Shown here: positions 25,080 to 36,377 of the stretch, piece after piece
Layout: each line of letters starts with the position of its first letter
How positions within the stretch are numbered: position 1 is the stretch's first letter
Assembly (NCBI GenBank): GCA_025201805.1
Contig: MU619354.1
Location: forward strand, 37,430 to 101,429
From: Parasitella parasitica NRRL 2501
Lineage: Eukaryota > Fungi > Mucoromycota
Direction: 5' to 3'
DNA length: 64,000 bases
Program-made: the position numbers and the translations under genes
The notes under the pieces: model-generated
Told to the model about the DNA's origin: nothing
The model's input: only the letters and a program-made list of their open reading frames with translations
Databases searched by the model: none

Positions 25080-27445
25080 TACTTAAACTGTGGATAAATG
25101 TTCTATTCTCGCAATTTAACATGTACGACAATATTGCGTAACTAGCATCTTAAATTTGTGCTAATCAACATATCAGCAGACTCAAGATAACTTAAATCTA
25201 TTTGAGTGAGGAGATAGACTTTAGCCGAGGTAGTACCCTGATCAATCTTCTATGCGAAGGTTATTAATATCGACCCATAAGCGTATATCATTCCTTGTAT
25301 AGTCTTATCCAGTCTATATTAATAGTACATGTCTGAGTGTATATCACTTGGTATTCATCTTAGCATATATCGGTATATGTAGCATGTCTATGGCATGTCA
25401 CAAGCATATCTATAGCATTGCACATATTGTACAAGTCTTTAGTACATGATGTATCTGTAGCTAGTATCATGGATATAAGTATATGTCTTGTAGTGCGTAT
25501 CTAGAAACTGGGAATACGCATCTGAAGCATAAATCTTATATAGCATAAGCTCGTAGCATACACTAGATTTAGTAAATGTCTAAGGCTCGTGTCGAGATAT
25601 AAGTATAAGTCTATAGCGTCATCCATCCTAATGGTGTCATCTCTAGCTTACATCTTATATAGTATAAATATGTATTGCACATCTTATTATCAGTGCGCAT
25701 ATGTAGTCTATATCAATTTAAGGTAACTGGATGAATCTAGAAGTGGAATGCAGATCATCATAGTGAATGTATTTCACAAGAATAATAATCGATGCCATTT
25801 AACCTTAGATCCAATCAGGAACGGTTGTCATGACAACTGAGTTGAAATAGTGGTAACCATGGTATTCTATGGATACAACAAAGATAAAGGCTTTAGCGAT
25901 GAGATCCAGGAGATAGATAGATTATATCTATCCCAAATGTCATGTCATATTATACTATGATCAGACTTTTTACTTTTAAGTATGAGTACATATTATTTTG
26001 ACATCTAGTTTTAAATTTGCTAAATCAATAATATAAAAACGATACCTTTTTTGTACATTTTAAACTTAAAAATTTACACGAAATTGTACAGAGGAGTAGA
26101 GGTAATATAGAAGAGAAATGCAGAGAAATTTGGTACAATATGGATTGGATTCACGGAAGGTATATGGCAATTAAAATGACTACTTTTTGCTGATTACGCT
26201 GGATACACATGTCATCCTTACATGTCACAACTGAGAAAAGATAGTGGCACCTTTTGTGAATTCAGCAACGTATTTTTCACCTCTACATGTCTCTTAAATG
26301 TTAAATTATGAACGATATTGTGATATTCCCAGCAAAATCTCTGCAAAATCATTACCTTTTGCTGATCACTCTCGATATAAACACCAAAATTACCAGTGGC
26401 AAAAAAAATTGATGTTCGAAGTTTCAAATATTTCAACTCCGCATTGCCGTATTTTTTGATTTTTTGGGAGCAATACGGGTGTTGTATTGTAAATATGAGT
26501 ATATGGGAAGAAGTTAAACAAAGCTAGTATGATGAGTGTTGGTTACGGAGAATGTAGTGATTTTATTTTCGATGAATAAAAAAAAAACAGTAGCAGTCTT
26601 AGAACATCTCCAACGGGGATGCTCGGTCTGCAAAAGTTCCAAGTGAAGAAGATAGCAAGATGCCAAAAGGTGAATAATAGTTGTTGGGAGCTAAGCTTAT
26701 GTCAAGTTTGTTAAAAGTGGTATGATCTCAAAATCAGTTAGTAGAATGAATCTGCCAAAGAGTTACACGTTTATCAGAAATACATCCTCTGGATGTATTT
26801 ATGTGAACCACATTATGTGCTAATGTCATAATGTACGGCTGTAACTTAGATTTCCTGAATAGAGCATGCGGTGCAAATTCCTGTTTAACCCACGCATATT
26901 GGCTTTAGCCGCTGGATCTGTCCAAAAGCCCTATAACATATTGATATGACAAAAAGCTTTAAAAACCAACCAAGTTTTTTTTTTTAAAAAAAAAATTGGT
27001 AGAACAACCAAGCTTTTGAAAAACTTGATGTAGTTTAAGCTTTGAAATGGCTGAAATTAATATGCGTACTTGGAAGATGTCTCCAAAAGAAAGAAGTGAA
27101 AACCAAGCACTACCACGGCCAGTTTCAGGGAAATTCACAAGATGAAATAACCAGCTATAATCTTCAATATTGAGGATCAAGTCCCTGATAAAGAGGGCTA
27201 CACGTGAGAGTCCAACATCCACATATTAAAGAGTCGCCAAAGAATAAGAATGAAGATAATTATTATGTAAAAGTATTTTATTTCTACTTGGAATGAACAA
27301 TGGCGTTGTCGTGGATTTTGTATACGATGGAGTAAGAAAAAAAAAAAAACAGTTTTATATGATAAATACAAAGAAAAAGTCAATCATTTCAGGGAGGAAA
27401 AAAAATTGATGGAAGTTGCTACAAAACATCAAAAATCTATTTTTC

Positions 27446-30273
27446 TTATTGATTCCAATAAGGTTGCTGGCGAGTAGGCTGTTGTGATTGCTGCTGAGGA
27501 TGCATCTGCTGTTGAAACTGTTGATGATGTTGTTGTTGAGGATGCTGGGTGTAAGAGAACATTTGAGGTTGGCCAAAATAGTTAGCACCAAAGTAGGGTT
27601 GTTGCTGAGGTTGCTGAGGCTGTTGTGTTTGAGGGACTTGTTGAGGGGCTTGTTGCTGTTGTTGGGGTGTAGTAGTGGCAGCATTGGTAGTACTTCTGAT
27701 TTCATTCTTTTGGCTTTGGCCTTGGGATGATTGTTGCTGTGTCTGTTGCTGTTGGCCATTTAAGCCCCCAAGGAATCCTTGTAATTGAGGCTGGGCAGTG
27801 TTACCATACATGGATTTTTGGTAGTCGTTCAATCCTCCCATACCCAATTGTTGTAAATCGTCATATTGGTGGCTATAAAGTTGAGACTGTTGGCCATAAG
27901 GAGAAGCAGCACTTCCGTAAGGCGATGCATTAGCACCAGTAGCGGCAGAGGTAGCAGACGGCTTACCAGGCTGCTGTTGTTGCTGTTGGTACATGTTGGG
28001 GTACATGCTCTTGTTCATGAAAGGTTGACCATACGCAGATTGTTGATAGGCGTTAAATTGATTAGGCATGTAGTAGTATTGGTAGTAAGGGAGGTTTGTA
28101 GGATACATTTGTTGCTGGGGAATATTTTGGTTTTGACCAGATTGTCCATGGAGACCAGTATCTTGGGTGTACTTGTCGCGACTTTGGTAAGCACTTGCAG
28201 ATGTAACAGAAGGGGAATGACTGAACGCAGTAGGATCGTAGTAACCCTGCAAATAATATCCAATTAACATTACTATACGCGAACAAAAACTCGACTAAAA
28301 AATACATACCATGGCAGCAGCTCTTTGAGCTTCAGTACCATAAACCCCGTAATCTGGCAAATTACCCATAGGATTCATACCGAAATTAGAAGCTCCAGTA
28401 GGGGGTTGGTTAGGCAAGTATGAGCTGTAGGCAGAAGTGAGGTGATCCATCCCAAATTGCTGTTGCTGTTGCTGGGGCACTGGTTGTTGCTGAGGAATTT
28501 GGGATTGTTGCTGTTGTTGTTGAGGAACTTGTGTTTGCTGTTGTTGAGGTTGCTGTTGCAGAGGTTGTTGTTGCTGTTGAGGTTGTTGCTGTTGCTGTTG
28601 AGGTTGAGGTTGCTGTTGTTGCTGAGGAAGAGCGGCAGCAGGTTGTTGATAAGCAGGCTCTTGTTGCTGCTTGAGGTAAGAGGTTTGACCAAAAGTATCG
28701 TTGTTGATGTTGGTGGGGGCGGCATTATTGGCTGTGGGAGTAACAGCAGAGACAGTGGGGGCAGTAGTAGTGGTAGTAGCTTCAGGAACAGGATTGGTCG
28801 ATGCAACGGGTTCCTCGACAGCGGCGACAGCAACGGTTGTTTCCTGGACACTATGATAAATAAGTTAGTCGATGATGAAAAAAAAAATAAAAAATAAACG
28901 CGACTCAGATCTACGTACATCTCCTCAACAGCAGGCTCTTGCTCAACACTTAGTGAACCGAATTTAACGTCCAAAGATGAGATAGCAGTGGATGAAGAGG
29001 TGTTTGGTAACACAACGGGTTCCTCTTGGTTGAGAAGACGCCCGCTAATGGTATTTGATTCAGCAGTAGTAGACGCATTGGCAGCAGTGCTTTCGTCTTC
29101 TTTATCTAAACTTTCCGGTTCGACTTGCTCCTTATTGTCCAATGGTTCTTCTTCAGTGGTTGATGTGGTAGTAGGCACCATAGATTCAGCAACAGGAGTA
29201 GATTCATTAGCAGGGGTAGACCATTCATCGGCGACAGGTTCGTTAGGAGCTTCCCAGCTGTTTGTTGATGTTGTTTGGGGAGCATTCCAGCCATCTGCTG
29301 TGGATGAAGGAGCATCCCATTCGCTCGAGGCAGTATTTGAGGTATTGTTTTCGTTCGCTGTAGGCGCAGGTTCTTCGACTTTGGGCTTCGACCTAATTGA
29401 TTTTTAGGGAGTAAAATAATTAACTATCTACCCTTGCAATAAATTGTAATTATACTTACTTGAGAAGACTAGCCCAAGTCTTTGGCTGGTCGTCGTTGGA
29501 ATTATCATCATTAGATGTAGTAGTGGTAGTAGTTGGAACAGGGGCCCAATCGTCAGTGGGGGCAGTAGAGTCGTTATTATTGGCGCTGGAGGCGTTCCAG
29601 CCATCATTGTTATTATTGAAGGCAGAATCATCTTGTTGCTGCTTTGAGGAGGCAATGGATGCCCAAGAGCCAGAGGGCACTTCGTGCTGGCTTACCTTTG
29701 ATTGGCTGTCCCAAGCTACAGGCTGGACATTCGTCTTTGGTGGACGTGTACGTGGAGTGGATGCTGCGATGAGGAAAATGAGGGTTACTTATACAGTGCT
29801 GTTGCAAGAAATGTTTTGCTTTTACCTTTTCCAGATCGAGGAGATCGAGGAGCTCGGTCGCTGTATGTCCTCTGTTGTGTATTTTTAGTATCACGAAATG
29901 GAGTGGTAGTGCTTTGTTGTTGGTGTGGAGAGACACCTGTGGTTACAGCCTTTGCTTTTTGTGCTTCTTTTTTTGACTTTTTAGTCTTCACTTCGCCCCA
30001 TTGATTGGCGTGTCCTTTTTGATAGCTTAGACTTGGATTTTGCGCAAACCTATTTTACGTACCTTCACTAATTCTGTCTATGGTTAAATCCAGGTCGCCG
30101 TTTGCTTCTTCCAATGCAAATAAGAGGTCCTCGTCTGACCAGTCAGAGAATAGAACTTTGAGGGTGGGTAGCTTTGCAGAATATTTAGACTTGAGTTTCT
30201 TGAGGTCGTTTTGGTCAGAAGCAGAACCTTTATTCCTTGTTGTATGTGATGAGCGTGTTTCGTGTGAAGTCAT
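27446..30273 (-). CDS. Def1/UBAP2L-like CUE-domain, glutamine-rich protein, multi-exon
   Basis: N-terminal CUE/UBA-like LFSDWSDEDLLFALEEANGDLDLTIDRISEG, then WGEVKTKK, EPVVLP...LDVKFGSL motif and a Q/Y/G-rich prion-like C-terminus. Confidence 0.8.
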
Positions 30274-30624
30274 TTTGTATTTTTGATTTTTAGATAAAAA
30301 AAAAAAGTTCTATACGTCTCTTGCGTTTTAATTGATGTGTTTCATTTTACATTTGGCTCTATTTTTTTTTTTTTACCTCTCGTCTTTTAGTTTCCTATTT
30401 ACCCTTGTTCGGTGCTGATGTAGTAGAAATCTTTAAAAAAAAAAAAAAAGGTTATTTTTTGAAAGAGAAAAGAGAAAAAAGAAAAAGGGAAAAAATCCAA
30501 TAGAAATAGGTGCGAATGTTAGGTGTGCTGGGACCTAATTGCAATTTATACACATGGCTACTATAAATTGAGACATTTTTACTCACGTCACTTGCAATGA
30601 AGAAAGCGACAAAAAGCTTTATTT

Positions 30625-32079
30625 TTAGAGTCGAATGCTACCGTTCTTGTTGAGCTGGCGTCTGTTCTTCTTCTTCTTGACCAGCAAGTTTACCTGAGAG
30701 TTGTTCAATGCGTAATCTTCGTCCAAATCTTCATCATCATAGTCTTCTTCTGCGTAAACGATTTGTTCGCCATCATAGTCATCTTCATCTGCCGCTGCTG
30801 CTAAGCGTTCTGTCTCTGAAAGCAACGTACCAATCTCGTCGGTTGCTGGTTTGGTAGCCTGTGGTTGCCAGGACAACAGTAGTACTCCAGCTACAGTTAT
30901 GATCACGCCAAAGAGCACATTCATCAGCTGCCAGTATTCAAATCTATGCCATTGGTTGTAATACACTAATCCGTTGAACAAACAAGACACATTAAATGCA
31001 CAAAAGGAGAGCGGGATTAAGATCACTGTATCGCACAATCGAAGGCCCTTATTCAAATAAAAGAGCTATATGCAATAAAATAAATTAAAATGTACTTGGT
31101 TACACATTTCCGTGTTGTGCTTACTTGTAGCCCACCTGTCAAAATCATCATGACAAGCAAAAACCATGTCAATGGATATTGCAATTGATTTTCTTGAGAT
31201 ACGATGGATATAATGATCAATTCAATGCCACTTTTTGCAAAAAGCATGCTTTGGCTGCTGACATTGCCAGATAAAATGCCATAACTGTATATACAGGTGG
31301 GTGCATAAATGCATGTCAGTGATTTCAAATTTCATCAAGCATAACTATAACTGTCTGCCGCTATTACCTGATACCAATCCAACGTTTTAGATCTGTCAGA
31401 GGATAGCCGTGTATCTTTTTATGCTCCATTTCTTCTTTGAGTTCGATCTGAGCACAGCGATATTCGAGATAATGTGTTACAAGCATCAATGTCACTATGA
31501 CAGTCTCCAGAATAGTAAAGTATATGATAAAGCCAGATTTCCTGTACAGTTGTATCAAATCTTCCAAGCTATGATTTGGTTCGGGTATCACGCCAAAAAG
31601 CCCTACCAAAAGTGCGCCTAATGCAATCAGTGCCGTTCCTGATGATAGTCATAAGTAGAGTTTTACAAACAAATAATACAATTTCAAATGTTTTTTTTTG
31701 TTTTTTTTTTACCAAAAATGCTTTGTTTTGATAATGGGTCACCCAGCACAATATTGGCCGCAAATGCATTAAACACTAGGTTCATGGCACCAATGGGCGC
31801 AAGGATGACGATCGGTAGATATCCAATTGAAAAGATGGACCCCACTGTATTGGCAAAGAGAAAAGACAGAAATGCAAAGAGCCACATTGGTCTTTTGTAT
31901 GCATTTCGTCTTAATTCACGGGGTAAAAGATCGTTCAAAAGATGTGATTTCCGCTGGAAAGAAAGCGCAAATGCTTGTATTAGATTTGTGATGACTGACA
32001 CACCCAGCCCAAGCCAAAATGATGATGTGTATCCGATTTCTTCTGGTTCATTGTTCGGTGGAGACACTTCGATCAACAT
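30625..32079 (-). CDS. NIPA-type magnesium transporter (DUF803/DMT superfamily), multi-exon
   Basis: QRKSH...YKRPMW, LPIVILAPIGAMNLVFN, LFAKSGIEL, LNKGLRLCDTVILIPLSFC. Confidence 0.9.
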
Positions 32080-32117
32080 TGTTTCTTTTTTTTTAAAAAA
32101 AAAAAGCAAAAAGAAAA

Positions 32118-32142
32118 GAGAGAGAGAGAGAGAGAGAGAGAG
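32118..32142 (+). repeat. (AG)n microsatellite in the NIPA/GLTP divergent promoter
   Basis: Direct reading of the AG run. Confidence 0.9.
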
Positions 32143-32278
32143 GAAGCGAGCCTTATAACCATCAGTTTAGAACTATATTATGATATGACGATCATCACGT
32201 GTTGGGTCTTTTCATTACAAAAGATTGCTCTATTTTACCCGGAAAACTTTTTACACTTCCTTTTAGTTGGGTTGCATA

Positions 32279-33056
32279 ATGACTGAGGAGCAAACCGCAT
32301 TTGAAAGAGTAATTACACTTTCCTACGCTGATGTGCAGGTACGGGAGGACGGCATTGACACTGCGCAGTTTCTGGAGGCTACCGATAGTATGGTCAACAT
32401 GTTTGGTAAGTATTACGTGGGTGGAAGTGCGCATTTGGCTCACTGTTTTTGCGAGCTGTTCAGATTTATTTGGAAACACCGCTTTCGGTGTAGTTCAAAG
32501 CGACATGAAGAACAACGTAAGTAAGATCAGAACTCGCTTCTTAGAAAACCCCATTGAGTACGATACCCTGGAAAGTCTGATGGCAAAAGAAGCTCATTTG
32601 CAACGACGGCTGGCAACAGAAGCTGTGCTCTGGCTGAAAAGGTACAGTGGTCCTGTATGAAATGATCAGCAGTTTTTTTGATATTTTTCTCAGAGGCCTT
32701 GACTTTACGGCAAAATCACTTGAGCATAGCATAAACAATCCAAATGAAGAACTAAATGTTTCATTTTCCCTGGCTTATAATACAACGTTGAGACCATACC
32801 ATAGTTTTATTGTTCGTCCAATTTTTAACGTAAAATTACAGTGCAAATCCAAGGAAAGGCGATTGATGACTAATCCTTTTGACCACTGTAGATTGCAATG
32901 AATGCTTGTCCCTGGAGGCAAACTTTCTACGAAAAAATTGGTGTACAAAACGATGAATCGATCAAGCTGATGCGCGGCTGGCTTGAGAGTCTTTTACATT
33001 TGATTGCCATTTTGAATAAGGTTTTTGATCAAAACCCTGCTTATCTCAAACACTAG
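32279..33056 (+). CDS. Glycolipid transfer protein (GLTP/HET-C2 family), 4 exons
   Basis: FLEA, F..VQSDMKNNVSKIR, ATEAVLWLKRGL, AYNTTLRPYHSFIVRPIF, AMNACPWR. Confidence 0.92.
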
Positions 33057-33451
33057 GTGGCAAACCTTGCATAATTAGAACGACAGACTTGACGCTTTGT
33101 ATAGGATCAGCTCCTGGAAGCACCTAGCTTTTACTGCAAAACTTGGGCCGAGAAGCATTCGCCGTTAACGATGAGGCAGAAAGACGAAGAGTTTTCTGAA
33201 TAAAAATCTGTTGGCAAAAAATATAGCTGTATATATAATGGCTAACTATTGTTGTATGCCGTTGAAATACTCTCTCCTTAGACCACTTGGTCATGCTGAG
33301 CGGGCGATCATAGTGATTCAAAGCGCTTGACCTTCATATCAATGCTGCTTTAGTTTGAAACATGTCGAGTGATTCAGGCTTATAAAAAAGCGGGCTTTAT
33401 TGCAACATCCCCATTTTCTTTTTTCCTTTTCTTCAACTCTACAAATAGTCA

Positions 33452-35110
33452 ATGGGTAATACAAACTCGACAGAAGGAAATAACTTGGTTTCTTCTTATC
33501 AGCAGCGAAGAGAACAGCAGACTCAAGAGCAGATAGAAACAGAGCAAAATCAACTACTACTACTGCAACAAGGGGAGCGAAGAAAGAGTAGCAGCAGTGC
33601 AGCTTCAAAAGACCCAAAGCCAGACTCTTTGTCCACCTCTACTTCGTCTTCTACTTCGTCCATATCCAGAAAACCGCAATCATTCGAATTCACTGTAATT
33701 GAGCCTACTAGTCATTCAGTTTCAGAGCCTGAGCCGATACCCGACAGCACCCACCATTGGTCTCCTACAGAGCCTTCTATTCAAGAGGATAACCCTCCGG
33801 ATCTTGATATCATGAGCGAAGAAAGCGGGCCAGAGCAACCAGCAAACACTCCTTCGAAGGCTGTACCTGTTTCAAACACCAAATCAGGTTGGGTTTCCAG
33901 TACTGGCGCTGCAAGTCCTTGGTACAGTTCGCTATCTTCGTCAACCTCTTCTTCGCACCACCGTGCTTCTATCAGTGGTCCCTACTACCGTACACGCGGT
34001 ATGAGTGTTACACGTGACTCTGAAAACGACGAAGATTTGACAAACATCCTTACATCTACTACTGCTGCCAACAGTAATGCCTCGCCAACAAGTAACACGC
34101 CAGCTCCAGCAGCAGTAACAGCATCAGCATCAGCATCAGCATCAGCATCAGCATCAGCATCAGCATCAGCATCAGCAGTAGCAGTAGCAGCAGCAGCAGC
34201 AGAAAGTCCAGCATTAACGGCAGCACCAACCTCAATGGCGTCAACTCCAAGCCAAGGTAAGTCAGCGAAAAAGTTGAAGCAGGATCATGGCAGCATTTAC
34301 AAAGGATTGGAATAGGAGTGCCAACTATCATTACATGGACACAGGGCGGCAACAATGTCTACATAACCGGAACATTTAATGGCTGGAAGCACAAGATCAG
34401 GTTGATTAAAAGGTAATCAGACTGCATCGGCTGTCTGCAAATCAACTAACGCTTGTGTCAATAGCACCCATGATTTCAGCGCTGTTTTAGAGCTACCACC
34501 AGGGACTCATCGCCTCAAGTTTATTGTTGACGACGAATGGAAATGCTCGAATGATATGGAAACAGCAACCGACCCTGATGGGAACTTGGTAAACTATTTG
34601 CAAGTTTTAGACGAGGACGATGAGGAAAACAATGATGAATTTGCAGACAACGATTTGTCGACAGTGTCATCGTCGGGATCCCTATCGATGGACGAAAGTA
34701 AAAAGTACTCCAATGTGATCCCACCTGAATTATTGCAGTTGGCATCACTCTTGTCGAATAACGAACAAAAGGACGACGAACCAGCACAGCAGCAAAGAAA
34801 GACAATGCTGGAGTGGGAAAAGAAGCAGCCACAGCCACCTGGGCTTCCTCCTCATTTAGAGAAGGTCTTGCTCAATTCGAATACTGTCAGCGAGGAAGAC
34901 AATTCCGTTTTACATGAGCCAAATCATGTTACCCTGAATCATTTATATGCTTGTTCGATCAAAGATAATGTGATGGCTTTGGCAACTACATCCAGATATC
35001 GCAAAAAGGTAGTAAAAAAAAACCGCTATCGCTTCTGGTGCGAAACTAACGCTCTTTTCGTATAGTATGTAACAACCATGTATTATCGCCCTGTATTTCC
35101 CAAAAACTGA
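33452..35110 (+). CDS. SNF1/AMPK beta subunit (Gal83/Sip2-like)
   Basis: MGN myristoylation start, glycogen-binding CBM48 (TWTQGGNNVYITGTFNGW, FIVDDEW), and AMPKBI domain (PPGLPPHL, PNHVTLNHLY, RYRKKYVTT). Confidence 0.95.
34121..34202 (+). repeat. (GCATCA)n hexamer repeat grading into GCAGTA/GCA, encoding poly(Ala-Ser)/poly-Ala within AMPK-beta
   Basis: About 9 perfect GCATCA units read directly. Confidence 0.95.
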
Positions 35111-35163
35111 ATAAATAACACTGTATAGTAAAATTATGTGTGTTTTAATTTAAATTGTGATAT

Positions 35164-36029
35164 TTATGCAAATTTCTTTTGAGCCTCGTTGACCTTTGCC
35201 TTGAAGGTAGCGATAACCTCATTAGGTTTTTCAGCCTTAAAGATGCCAGTGCCAGCAACAATAACATTAGCACCAGCATCGGCAGAAGCATCAATGGTCT
35301 CGAGCGAAAGGCCGCCATCGACTTCAATATCTAACTTGGGATATTTGCGGCGCAATTCTTCAACCTTGGGCATGCATTCAGCCATGAATCTTTGTCCACC
35401 AAAACCAGGCTCAACTGTCATGACCAAAATCATGTCGCAGTTTTCGGCAACTTCACCCAAGACTTTTTCAACGGGTGTTTTAGGTTTGATAGCAACACCA
35501 GCTTGCATACCAGCTGCATGAATTTGCTTGATTAAAGCCATCGGATTCTCAGTGGCCTCAATATGGAAAGTATACATTTGTCCACCAGCTTTAGCAATAT
35601 CGTCGACCCACTGAGATGGGTTTGAAACCATCATGTGGCAATCTGAAAAAAAAAAATAATGTTAATGTTATACCATCAATATGTACCAGCTTACTACTCA
35701 CCAAAATACGCATCTGTATGTGGGCGGATAGCATTGATGATAGGAGCGCCCCAGGTGAGATTGGGTACAAAATGGCTAATGACAGGTTTAATACACGGAC
35801 CATTTGAAGAAAAAAAAAAAGAAAAAAAAAAACCTATTGCAATTACCCATCCATTACATCTAAAAAAGGTGAAATTTATTAATTCATTTTAAAACACGAG
35901 CATATCAACACAAAAAACGTTACCAAGGTGAAGCCATTCGGCACCATTCTTTTCCATACGCTTTGCTTCTGCGGCCAAGTGCGCAAAATCACAAGAGAGC
36001 ATAGAGGGAGAGACTTTAGCGACTGGCAT
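35164..36029 (-). CDS. RPE1: Ribulose-phosphate 3-epimerase
   Basis: SPSMLSCDF, WLHLDVMDGHFVPNLTWG, DCHMMV, MTVEPGFGGQ, IEVDGG. Confidence 0.97.
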
Positions 36030-36338
36030 GTTGCAAGATCTAATTAATGTTTCAAAAGAACAGGAAAGGAAAAAAGTCGTTGATGGGGTTTTTGGCTATT
36101 TCATCAATCTCGGATAAAGAGACACACGGTCACGGAAGGTTGCATTGCTTAGGTAATGGTTCCTGTCTGTCTATGGTCTTTGCTTGAGAGCAACAGTGAT
36201 CTACCAAGTAGCTGGGTGCAATTGGCTCAGTTATGAGATTTCCAAACGTATCCTCGGTGGGCTTTTTGCTACTAGCAGCATTTATAGAGCTTTACAGTTG
36301 AAGGCATTGTTGGGATAAATGTCGTATTGACATGCACC

Positions 36339-36339
<1 letters not shown>

Positions 36340-36373
<34 letters not shown>
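36340..36373 (-). repeat. 34-nt poly(A) on the sense strand, 4 nt after the stop of the DUF247-like gene
   Basis: T34 on the + strand. Confidence 0.95.
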
Positions 36374-36377
36374 CAAA

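Noticed and set aside
26598-26625. GAACATCTCCAAC resembling a PIF/Tourist terminal inverted repeat
   Set aside because: No matching partner TIR found nearby, only a short imperfect hairpin.
27488-28897. Leu-rich + strand ORFs
   Set aside because: Antisense shadows of the polyQ coding regions of the Def1-like gene.
35140-35170. Cryptic peroxisomal PTS1 by stop readthrough in RPE1
   Set aside because: The stop is TAA, not TGA-CTA, and no SKL-like extension is evident.
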